NCBI GenBank assembly: GCA_964658025.1 | Contig: CAZZXB010000086.1 | Location: forward strand, 1-13,314 | Direction: 5' to 3' | Source: an uncultured Janthinobacterium sp. | GTDB taxonomy: Bacteria > Vulcanimicrobiota > Vulcanimicrobiia > Vulcanimicrobiales > Vulcanimicrobiaceae | Length of the DNA stretch: 13,314 nucleotides | Shown here: piece after piece, positions 1-8,042 of the stretch | How positions within the stretch are numbered: the first letter of the stretch is position 1 | How the letters are laid out: each line of letters begins with the position of its first letter | Notes under the pieces: model-generated | Databases searched by the model: none | What the model saw: the letters and a program-made list of their open reading frames with translations, nothing else | Told to the model about the DNA's origin: nothing | Position numbers and translations under genes: made by a program

Positions 1-164
1 ACGCCCGACGTGATGAGATAGTAGATCGTCGTCAGCGCCGCGCGCGTCCGACCGTCCGCGGTCGTCACGCGTGCGGCGCTTCGAAAGATCTCGCGATACC
101 AACCGCCTTCGGGATGCGGCTCGAGCCCGAGATCGGCGATCGCGCGTTCGGCGTCGGCGTGCAT
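1..164 (-). CDS. Cupin_5 (DUF985/YML079W-like) cupin protein, N-terminal part; runs off the left edge
   Basis: Not in the ORF track because its stop lies outside the window. Hand translation from ATG at 164: MHADAERAIADLGLEPHPEGGWYREIFRSAARVTTADGRTRAALTTIYYLITSG. LxLxPHPEGGxYRE and TxIYYLL are the family's N-terminal signatures. Confidence 0.88.
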   Translation of the reverse strand, partial: MHADAERAIADLGLEPHPEGGWYREIFRSAARVTTADGRTRAALTTIYYLITSG

Positions 165-461
165 CGGTGTGTCGGATTGCGGACGCGGACGGAACTCTCC
201 CGTCGCGGAAAACTCATCCGACATGATGGAGCGGCTCCGCCCCGTGCTCTTCGCGGCGGTCACGCCGGGGTATACGGGGCGGCGCGTGCGAAGCTTCCCG
301 CGCACGCAGGTTACGATCGCGCTCGTGCGCGACGGCCTGCATCCCGAAAGCGTCGACGGGAAAGTCGGCGCGACGACGGCTCGCCCGTGCTCGACGATCC
401 GATCGCCGTACGTGTGGCAAGGCCTGCGACGTTCGCTCGCGACCATGGCCGACATCCGTCG

Positions 462-2015
462 TCAGTGCGTTTCCGCCGCGCGTCGGACGCCCGAGTCCGG
501 CGTGACGGGGAGCCACTTGCGGCCGTGGCGTGCGAGGAGGTCGTCCGCCGCTCGCGGCCCGTCGCTCCCCGCGACGTACGTTTCGAGTCCGTCGCCGCCG
601 TGCGCCCACGCATCGAGCACCGGTTGGACCGCGGCCCATCCGTCCTCGATGTGGTCGGCGCGTTGGAAGAGCGTCGTGTCGCCGATCATGCAATCGTAGA
701 TGAGCGTCTCGTATCCGACGTTCGGTGGTTCCTTAAAAAAATCGCCGTAGGAGAATCCCGACGTCACGCGACCGAGCTTCATCTTCGGTCCGGGAACCTT
801 CACGCTGAAATCGGTCGTCATCCCTTGCGTCGGCGCGATCTGCAACGTGAGCACGTTCGGCGTCACGCTGTCGACCGGCGTATCGCGGAAGATCTGATAC
901 GGCGCGGGTTTGAAGTGGATCGAGATCGTCGTGAGATGTTCCGCGAGCCGCTTCCCCGTGCGCAGGTAGAACGGCACGCCCGTCCAGCGCCAATTCTCGA
1001 TCGATAGTTCGAGCGCGGCGTACGTTTCGGTCGTGCTCGATTTCGACACGCCGTCTTCGTCGCGATACGCGCCGACCTCCGTGTCGCCGATCGCCCCCGC
1101 GCCGTATTGTCCGCGGACCACGTCGGCGGGCGACACCGGTCGGACGGCGCCGAGTAATTTCGCCTTCTCGGTTCGCACGTCGTCCGCGTCGAACGAGTTC
1201 GGCGGATCCATCGTGACCATCGCGAGCAGTTGGAAGAGATGGTTCGGCACCATATCGCGCAGCGCACCCGTCGTCTCGTAGAACGACGCGCGCTTCTCGA
1301 CGCCGACGGTCTCGGCGGCCGTGATCTGTACGTGATCGACGTGTTCGCGCCGCCACATCGGCTCGAACATCCCGTTTCCGAAGCGCAGCGCCATGATGCT
1401 CTGCACGGGTTCCTTGCCGAGGAAATGATCGATCCGATAGATCTGCGATTCGTCCGCGGCCCGCAAGAGCGCGGCGTTGAGCGACTTCGCCGACGCGAGA
1501 TCCGCGCCGAACGGTTTTTCGATGATGATGCGGCGGAACGTGCCCTCGGATTCCTCGAGCATCTTCGCGGCCGCGAGCCGCTCGGGGATCGATGCGAAAA
1601 AGCGCGGCGCCACGGCGAGATAGAAAACGGCGCTCCCCGTCACGGTCCCGGCGAGGCGCTCGTAGTCGGCGGCCTTTTCGAAGTCGGCGACGACGTAGGT
1701 GAGTCGGCTCGCGATCCAGTCCCACGCGTTCGCGTCGATCGCTTTGGGATGGAATTCCGCGTGTGCGTCGGTCGTGAACGATCGCATCGTCGCGGTGAGA
1801 TCGGCGCGCCACTCGTCCGTCGTGCGTTCGTTGTGATCGACGCCGACGATGCGGAATCCGTCGTCGAGCAAACCGCCGCGCACGAGGTTGTAGAGGGCCG
1901 GCATCAGCAGACGTTTCGTGAGATCGCCGCCCGCGCCGAAGAGGACGAGCGTGCACGGCGGCGCGGGAAGCACGCCGGATTTCGCGGTCTGTGGATCGAT
2001 GGCGGTGGTGCTCAC
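462..2015 (-). CDS. zwf: Glucose-6-phosphate 1-dehydrogenase (ZwfB-like subtype), ~517 aa
   Basis: C-terminal part of ORF 462..2441. Motifs: LFGAGGDLTKRLLMPALY (Rossmann), IIEKPFG, YRIDHFLGKE, RDMVPNHLFQ, NWRWTGVPFYLRTGKRL, GYETLIYDCMIGD. GTG at 2015 chosen as start because the upstream frame is Arg-rich antisense of the FUSC gene. Confidence 0.96.
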   Translation of the reverse strand: MSTTAIDPQTAKSGVLPAPPCTLVLFGAGGDLTKRLLMPALYNLVRGGLLDDGFRIVGVDHNERTTDEWRADLTATMRSFTTDAHAEFHPKAIDANAWDWIASRLTYVVADFEKAADYERLAGTVTGSAVFYLAVAPRFFASIPERLAAAKMLEESEGTFRRIIIEKPFGADLASAKSLNAALLRAADESQIYRIDHFLGKEPVQSIMALRFGNGMFEPMWRREHVDHVQITAAETVGVEKRASFYETTGALRDMVPNHLFQLLAMVTMDPPNSFDADDVRTEKAKLLGAVRPVSPADVVRGQYGAGAIGDTEVGAYRDEDGVSKSSTTETYAALELSIENWRWTGVPFYLRTGKRLAEHLTTISIHFKPAPYQIFRDTPVDSVTPNVLTLQIAPTQGMTTDFSVKVPGPKMKLGRVTSGFSYGDFFKEPPNVGYETLIYDCMIGDTTLFQRADHIEDGWAAVQPVLDAWAHGGDGLETYVAGSDGPRAADDLLARHGRKWLPVTPDSGVRRAAETH

Positions 2016-2098
2016 GACGCATCGTCCGCGCTCGCGCGCGAGGGTTCCTGGGCCGTGCGCGAAGGCGCTCGCGAAGGGCCGCGCAGAAAACGTCGCGC

Positions 2099-4225
2099 GT
2101 GCTCGCGATCGGACGACGGATCTTCGCGACGACGCTCTTCGTCGATGCGAGCGTCGTCGAACCGCAACTCGCGTTACGCTGCACGATCGGCGTCGCGCTC
2201 CCGCTCGTGCTCGGGGCGTCGTTCGACCGCCCGGGCGACGGCGTGTCGGCCGCGGCGGGCGCGCTCTGCACGGGCTTCGCGTCGGCGCAAGGCGTCTATC
2301 GCACGCGCGCCTACGCGATGCTCGCGACGGCGTTCGGCATGGGCTTCGCGACGCTCCTCGGAGGCGTCGCCGGCACCTCCGCGATCGGCGCGACGATCGC
2401 GACGGCCGTCGTCGGCTACGCGTACGGCGTCCTCTCGGCACTCGGTCCCGCCGCGACCGCCGCGGCCGTCAACAGCCTCATCGCGCTCATCGTCTTCGGG
2501 CATCTCGGACTCGACGTCCGGCAGAGCGCCGTGCAGGCCGGGCTCGTCGCGCTCGGCGGTATCGTGCAGACGTTGCTCCTCGGCGTCGCGTGGCCGTTCC
2601 GACGGTACTCGGCGGAACGTTCCGCGCTCGCCGCGGTCTTTCGCGGACTCGGCGACTACGCGCGCGCGCTCGCGGGCGGTTCGGCGATGCCGCCGTCGCC
2701 CGTACCGCTCGTGAATCTGCGCGACACGCTCGCCGACTCGCATCCGTTCGCGCGGCGCGGCGACGTCGCGACGTTCGCGGTGTTGCTCGTCGAAGCCGAA
2801 CGCCTGCGCGGAAGTCTCGCCGCGCTCGCGTTCGCGCGCGATCGTCTCGACGACGCCGAGCGGCGCGGGGCGAGCGGCGCGCTACGCCGCGCGGGGACGA
2901 TCGCCGCGCCCGCGTTCGACGAGATCGCGGCGGCGTTACTCGACGGGCGTGCGCCCGAAGACGCGTCCGATTGGCGGACCGACGCGACCGAACTCGAGAG
3001 CGACGTCGCCTCGGGTTCCACGCATTTGAGCGCGCTCGCGCGCGCCGAAACGTCGGCGTTTTTCGGGCAGTTGCGTTCCGCCTGGCGCACGACGCGCGCG
3101 GCGGCGGAAGGGGGCGCGGCGCCCGCGCAGGCGGCGTCGCAGGCGAATCCGGAACGTGGCGAGATCGCGCGCCGCGCGTTCGTCCCGGCGTTGCGCGACG
3201 CGTTCGCGACGATCCGGGCGAATCTCGGGCTCGACTCGCAGTACGGGCGACTCGCCGTCCGTCTCGCGGCCACGCTCTCCGTCGCCGTCGTGCTCGGGCG
3301 GACGTTCTCGCCGCAATACGGGTATTGGATCGCGATCACCGTGGCGCTCGTCCTCCGTCCCGATTTCACGACGACGCTCGTGCGCGGCGTCGCGCGGATC
3401 CTCGGTACGATCCTCGGCGCGTTCCTCGCGGCGCTCGTCATCGGGACGTTCCGTCCGGACGAAACGGCCGACGCGTTCTTGGCGATCGCGTTCGCGGGTG
3501 CGTCGTTCTTCATGCTCTCCGCGAACTACGCGTTGTACGTGCTCGCGATAACGGGGTTCGTCGTGTTCGAACTCGCGGCCGTCGGTCGCTTCGATCCGAG
3601 CACGATCCGCTCGCGGCTCGTCGAGACCCTCGTCGGCGGCGTTCTCGCGCAGGTCGTCACGCTCGCCTTTCCCACGTTCGAAGCGCGCGGCGCGCGCCTG
3701 CGGCTCGCCGAGTTTCTCGACGCGCAGCGCGCGAACGCGGTCGCCGTGCTCTCGGCGATCGCGAGCGCGGACGCGCCCGACGATCGGGCGATCGACGCGG
3801 CGCAACGGCGCGCGTGGGCGGCGCGCGCCGCCGCGGACGCGTCCGTGGATCGGCTCGTCCTCGAACCGGAACGGCGGATCATGCCGAGCGCCGACGCGAT
3901 CGCCGCGCTCGAACAGACGCGACGTTTCGGCTTGACGGTGCTCGCGCTCGGCACGCATCGCAAGAGCGTCGCGCGGCGCGATCGGCCCGAACTCGGCGCG
4001 TTCGCATCGCTCCTCGCGCGACATCTCGACGAACTCGCGAGCGCGCTTCGCGAGAGCCGGCCGCCCGAGCCGCTTCCGTCGCTCCGCGACGCGTTCGCAA
4101 CCGCCGCACGTGCGTTTCGCGAGGAGCCGGAGCGCGATCGCGCGTCGCTCTTGGACGAACTCGACGTGCTCGTCGACAGTGTGAACTCGATCACATCCGT
4201 CTTGCGCGATCCCGCGACGCGCTGA
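2099..4225 (+). CDS. FUSC/YccS-like (aromatic acid exporter family) membrane protein, ~708 aa
   Basis: ORF 1991..4225 has two hydrophobic blocks separated by helical soluble regions. The second block has FUSC-2-type motifs GYWIAITVALVLRPDFTTTLVRGVARILGTILG and RLVETLVGG. GTG at 2099 is an inferred start. Confidence 0.88.
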   Translation: MLAIGRRIFATTLFVDASVVEPQLALRCTIGVALPLVLGASFDRPGDGVSAAAGALCTGFASAQGVYRTRAYAMLATAFGMGFATLLGGVAGTSAIGATIATAVVGYAYGVLSALGPAATAAAVNSLIALIVFGHLGLDVRQSAVQAGLVALGGIVQTLLLGVAWPFRRYSAERSALAAVFRGLGDYARALAGGSAMPPSPVPLVNLRDTLADSHPFARRGDVATFAVLLVEAERLRGSLAALAFARDRLDDAERRGASGALRRAGTIAAPAFDEIAAALLDGRAPEDASDWRTDATELESDVASGSTHLSALARAETSAFFGQLRSAWRTTRAAAEGGAAPAQAASQANPERGEIARRAFVPALRDAFATIRANLGLDSQYGRLAVRLAATLSVAVVLGRTFSPQYGYWIAITVALVLRPDFTTTLVRGVARILGTILGAFLAALVIGTFRPDETADAFLAIAFAGASFFMLSANYALYVLAITGFVVFELAAVGRFDPSTIRSRLVETLVGGVLAQVVTLAFPTFEARGARLRLAEFLDAQRANAVAVLSAIASADAPDDRAIDAAQRRAWAARAAADASVDRLVLEPERRIMPSADAIAALEQTRRFGLTVLALGTHRKSVARRDRPELGAFASLLARHLDELASALRESRPPEPLPSLRDAFATAARAFREEPERDRASLLDELDVLVDSVNSITSVLRDPATR

Positions 4226-4399
4226 GCGTTTCGCCTTCCCGCGCGCGTGCGGGCTCTCGTGCCGCGCGCGTCGGCACCGCGTCGTCGGTCTTTTTCCGCA
4301 CCGTCGGGGTGCGAACGCTCGCGCGAACCGCGCTCGAAACGTCGGCGTGCGAGCGACCGATGCGGGCGCGTCGTGCGCTTTTTTGGGAACACGACGGAG

Positions 4400-5707
4400 A
4401 TGCTGCGTTCGCGAATCCGCTCGCTTTGGGTCCTTCTCGTCGTCCCGCTCGGATTGAGCCTCGGGTGCGGCGGTTCCGGGAGCCAAGGCACGCCGATGAC
4501 GGCATCCGTCGTTTCCGGCGCATCGTCGCCGACCGCGACGTCGACCGCATCTCCGACGTCGAGCGCGACCGCACCGACGGGCGCTCCCACGACGAGCGCG
4601 AACGCCGCGCTCGTCGTGCCGAGCGGCTTCACGATCGGCGTGATCGCACGCGTTCCGGCGGCTCGCGGCCTCGCGATGCTACCGAACGGCGATCTGCTCG
4701 TGGGAACCGGGAACGCGTCGGTCTCGATCGTCCCCACCGCGGATGCCGCGGGCGAGCCCGGCGCCGTCCGGACCTTCGCGACGTTCCCCGAGGGCCCGGC
4801 GTACGGCGTCGCATACGGTAGCGGCCACGTGTACGTCGGAACGAACACGACGGTATGGTCGATTCCGTATACGGCGGGCGATCTCGCCGCGCGCGCGACG
4901 AACGCGATCGCGCGCGTCCGTCAGGGTCAGGTCGCGCCGCATAGCGACGGCGACGTGCATCGTTCGACGTCCGTCGCCGTCGCCGGATCGCGATTATTCG
5001 TTTCGGTCGGCTCGTCGTGTAACGCGTGCGTCGAAGTCGATCCGACGCGCGCCACGATCCAGACGATGGCGCTCGACGGAAGCGGGATGACGACCTACGC
5101 CACGCGGATCCGCAACGCCATCGCGCTCGCGGTCGATCCCGCGACGGGAACGGTTTGGGCGGGCGGTGCGGGGCAGGACGCGCTTCCGTCACTCCATCCG
5201 TACGAATACGTCGACGCGCTCACGACGCACGCGCCTGTCGCGGATTACGGCTGGCCCGCGTGCGAGGAGAATCGCGACGCCTTCGGATCGGGCGCCGATT
5301 GCTCGCGGACCGTCGTCCCGCTGCTCGAATTTCCGGCCTACTCCACGCTCACCGGTGCGGCGTTCTATCCCGCGACACAGACCGGGCGCTACGCGTTCCC
5401 GGCCGCCTACCGCGGGCTGTACGTCGCGGCACACGGGAGTTGGCATACGCCGAGCGCCGCGCCCTATAACGGCCATCACGTTCCCCCGCGCGTCGCGTTC
5501 GTTCCGATGAGCGGGGCCGTTCCCGCGAAGCCCGTGACCTGGAGCGATCCGACGACGCAGTGGTCCGACTTCGTCTCGGGTTTCCAGAACGACGCAGCGG
5601 GCGACACGCGCGTCGGCACGCCCGACGGCATCGCGATCGGTCCGAGCGGAAGCCTCTTCGTCGCCGACGACGCCGCGGGCGTCGTCTACCGCATTCGGCC
5701 GCGCTGA
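4400..5707 (+). CDS. Secreted lipoprotein, glucose/sorbosone (PQQ-dependent sugar) dehydrogenase-like beta-propeller, ~435 aa
   Basis: From ATG 4400: basic N-region, hydrophobic core and lipobox-like LSLG-C, then a Ser/Thr/Pro/Ala linker. Family-like motifs ARGLAMLPNGDLLV, LFVSVGSSCNAC.E, RNAIALAVDPATG, DYGWP, AHGSW, GTPDGIAIGPSGSLFVADDAAGVVYRI. Confidence 0.82.
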   Translation: MLRSRIRSLWVLLVVPLGLSLGCGGSGSQGTPMTASVVSGASSPTATSTASPTSSATAPTGAPTTSANAALVVPSGFTIGVIARVPAARGLAMLPNGDLLVGTGNASVSIVPTADAAGEPGAVRTFATFPEGPAYGVAYGSGHVYVGTNTTVWSIPYTAGDLAARATNAIARVRQGQVAPHSDGDVHRSTSVAVAGSRLFVSVGSSCNACVEVDPTRATIQTMALDGSGMTTYATRIRNAIALAVDPATGTVWAGGAGQDALPSLHPYEYVDALTTHAPVADYGWPACEENRDAFGSGADCSRTVVPLLEFPAYSTLTGAAFYPATQTGRYAFPAAYRGLYVAAHGSWHTPSAAPYNGHHVPPRVAFVPMSGAVPAKPVTWSDPTTQWSDFVSGFQNDAAGDTRVGTPDGIAIGPSGSLFVADDAAGVVYRIRPR

Positions 5708-5729
5708 CGCGATCCGGGCGTGCCCGCCG

Positions 5730-7298
5730 TCATTCCGCCGCGATCGCGCCGCCGCGCGACTTCGGTTTGCGCAAGAGCAGGGCGAGCGGCGCGAGGCCGA
5801 GCGTGATGAGCGCGGCGTCGCGGTTCACGTCGGCGTAGCCGAGAACGCTCGCTTGGTTGGAGACGATCTGCGCGAGCGACGCGCGCGCGGCATCGGACCG
5901 CGTTCCGCCGCGCGCGTCGAGATACGCGACCGTCGGCAGGTGCGCGTAGGTCTGGTCGGCGGCGAGACGCGTTTGATGGGCCACGGTCGCGCGATCGAGT
6001 GCCGCGATCAGGAGCGCCGTCGCGAGGCTCCCGCCGAGTTGACGCGCGAGGTTGAACATCGCCGAGGCTTTCGGGACGTCCGGCGGCGCGACGCTGCCGA
6101 AGACGACGAGCGAGAGCGGTACGAAGATCTGCGCGAGACCGACCCCGCTGATCGCGAGCGCCGGCGCGAAGGACCAGAACGACGAGACGGGCGTCGTCAC
6201 TTCCGCGAGCATCCAGTTCGAAATCGCGATGAGCAAGAAGCCCACGCCGATCTGGAGTCGCGGATCGACGCGTCCGGAGGCGGCGATGCGCGCGCCGATC
6301 GGCGCGAGAAAGAGAATCGGAACCGCGCGCAGGAGGATCAACTCGCCCGAGAGCGTGGCCGTGAATCCGAGCGGGCCTTGCGCGTATTGCGGCAACGTGA
6401 CGAGCGTCCCGAGTAACGAGATCCCGAGACTGAAGCCGAGCGCGCTCCCCGCCGCGACCGTGACGTTTCGCAAGATCGAGAGATCGACGATCGGACGCTT
6501 CGCCCCGAAGATCTCCCACACGACGAACGACGCGAGCGCGACGCACGCGAGCGCGGTGAGGCGGACGATCGTTTCGTCGCCGAACCAGTCTTTTTCCTGA
6601 CCCTGGTCGAGCACGTATTGGAGGCAGCCGAGGCCGAGCGCGAGGAGCGCGAGCCCGACGCCGTCGAGCGGCATCTTTTTCGGTCGGGCGGGATTGCGCA
6701 AGAACGTCGCCGTCAGCGTCGCCGCGACGATCCCGATCGGGATGTTGACGAAGAAGCACCACTGCCACGATGCGTTATCGGTGATGAGTCCGCCGAGGAG
6801 CGGACCGATCGTCGGGCCGACGATCGCACCGAGGGCGAAGATCAATTGCGCGGCGCCCTGCATCGCGACGGGATACGTCTCGCGCAAGATCGCCTGCGCC
6901 TGCGAGAGCAACCCGCCGCCGCCCGCGCCCTGCAAGACGCGCCAGAAGACGAGCGGCCAGAGGTCGTGCGAGAGACCACACATGAGCGAAGCGAACGTGA
7001 AGAGCGCGATCGACGCGAAAAAGTATTGGCGCCGGCCGAAGCGCATCTGAAGCCACGGCGAGAGCGGGATGACGATGACGTTCGCGACGATGTATCCCGT
7101 GACGATGAACGTGCCTTCGTCCTGCGACGCGCCGACGTTCCCTTGGATGTTCGGAAGCGCGACGTTGACGATCGTCGTGTCGATGATCTCGAGCAAGGCG
7201 CCGAGGATCACGGCGACGGTCACGGCGACGCGCCGGATGCCGTACTCGACGACGTCGACGCGTTCGTCGGCGTCGGTGGCTATGGGTTGGGTCGCCAT
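5730..7298 (-). CDS. DHA2 family (EmrB/QacA) 14-TM MFS efflux transporter, 522 aa
   Basis: Motif D1 LEIIDTTIVNVALPNI, motif-A region RFGRRQYF, WRVLQGAGGG, antiporter motif GPTIGPLLGGLITDNASWQWCFFVNIPIG, and FNLARQLGGSL. Hydrophobic throughout. Confidence 0.95.
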   Translation of the reverse strand: MATQPIATDADERVDVVEYGIRRVAVTVAVILGALLEIIDTTIVNVALPNIQGNVGASQDEGTFIVTGYIVANVIVIPLSPWLQMRFGRRQYFFASIALFTFASLMCGLSHDLWPLVFWRVLQGAGGGGLLSQAQAILRETYPVAMQGAAQLIFALGAIVGPTIGPLLGGLITDNASWQWCFFVNIPIGIVAATLTATFLRNPARPKKMPLDGVGLALLALGLGCLQYVLDQGQEKDWFGDETIVRLTALACVALASFVVWEIFGAKRPIVDLSILRNVTVAAGSALGFSLGISLLGTLVTLPQYAQGPLGFTATLSGELILLRAVPILFLAPIGARIAASGRVDPRLQIGVGFLLIAISNWMLAEVTTPVSSFWSFAPALAISGVGLAQIFVPLSLVVFGSVAPPDVPKASAMFNLARQLGGSLATALLIAALDRATVAHQTRLAADQTYAHLPTVAYLDARGGTRSDAARASLAQIVSNQASVLGYADVNRDAALITLGLAPLALLLRKPKSRGGAIAAE

Positions 7299-7409
7299 AC
7301 GTAAGTCGCTATCCGATCCATCGACAAAGCTCGTCCGTCAAAGCGTTTCGCGATGGTCACGACGTTCCGGCGACCGGAGATGTTTCATCGCGCCCGGGTC
7401 GTGCGTCGG

Positions 7410-8042
7410 CTATGAGAGCAGGCCTCGCCGGAAGGCCGTGACCGCGGCGTGCGCGCGATCGGTCGCCGAGAGCTTCTCGAGAATGTCGCGGATGTGGCCC
7501 TTCACGGTACCGAGTCCGATGTGGAGTCGCTCGCCGATCTGGACGTTTCCGAGCCCTTCGGCGACGAGCCGGAGCACGTCGAGTTCCCGCGGGGTGAGCG
7601 GCGAGGGACTCGGCGCGGCCGCGCGCGCCGAAAAACGACGCATCACGATGTGCGCGATCCGCGGATCGAAATACGCACCGCCCGCGGCGACCGCGCGGAC
7701 GGCATCGACGACGTACGACGTGTCCGACGATTTGACGCAGTACGCATCGGCGCCGGCGGCGAGCGCGGCGAGCACTTCGTCGTCGAGTTCGTGCATCGTC
7801 AGCACGACGATGCCGATCTCGCCGTGCGCCGCCTTCACGTCGCGCGTGAGCGCGATGCCGTCTTTGCCGGGGAGGCCGATGTCGACGATCGCGACGTCGG
7901 GAGATTCTCGCGCGATGACCTCGCTCGCGGCGATGCCGTCGGATGCTTCGCCGACGACCTCGATCTCCGCGCGTTCGAGCGCCGTGCGCAAGCCCGCGCG
8001 CGTGAGCGCGTGATCTTCGACGAGGACGACTCGCGCGCTCAC
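7410..8042 (-). CDS. NarL/FixJ-family response regulator (REC + LuxR HTH), 210 aa
   Basis: C-terminal part of ORF 7410..9554: VLVEDHALTRAG, phospho-Asp in VAIVDIGLPGKDG, VLTMH, GADAYCVK, and HTH LTPRELDVLRLVAEGLGNVQIGERLHIGLGTVKGHIRDILEKL. GTG start overlaps the kinase TGA (GTGA, 8039-8042). Confidence 0.95.
   Translation of the reverse strand: MSARVVLVEDHALTRAGLRTALERAEIEVVGEASDGIAASEVIARESPDVAIVDIGLPGKDGIALTRDVKAAHGEIGIVVLTMHELDDEVLAALAAGADAYCVKSSDTSYVVDAVRAVAAGGAYFDPRIAHIVMRRFSARAAAPSPSPLTPRELDVLRLVAEGLGNVQIGERLHIGLGTVKGHIRDILEKLSATDRAHAAVTAFRRGLLS

Noticed and set aside
462..464. Stop-codon readthrough or selenocysteine fusing zwf to the in-frame cupin
   Set aside because: zwf ends at the normal family length, no SECIS-like element was recognised, and in-frame phase has a 1-in-3 chance.
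1991..2441. Apparent overlap of the zwf and FUSC 5' ends
   Set aside because: Plausible GTG starts at 2015 and 2099 give an ordinary 83-bp divergent spacer.
4240..4295. CGCGCGCG inverted repeat and a short ACCG/CGGT stem before a T run downstream of FUSC, as a terminator
   Set aside because: CG runs are self-complementary and ubiquitous here, and the stem next to the T run is only 4 bp.
1918..4821. 967-aa plus-strand ORF and other long Arg/Ala-rich ORFs (e.g. 733..2271, 1230..2714, 2936..4486, 3526..4848, 5686..6768)
   Set aside because: Alternate-frame or antisense shadows of well-supported genes. Stop codons are scarce at this GC and the translations have no motifs.
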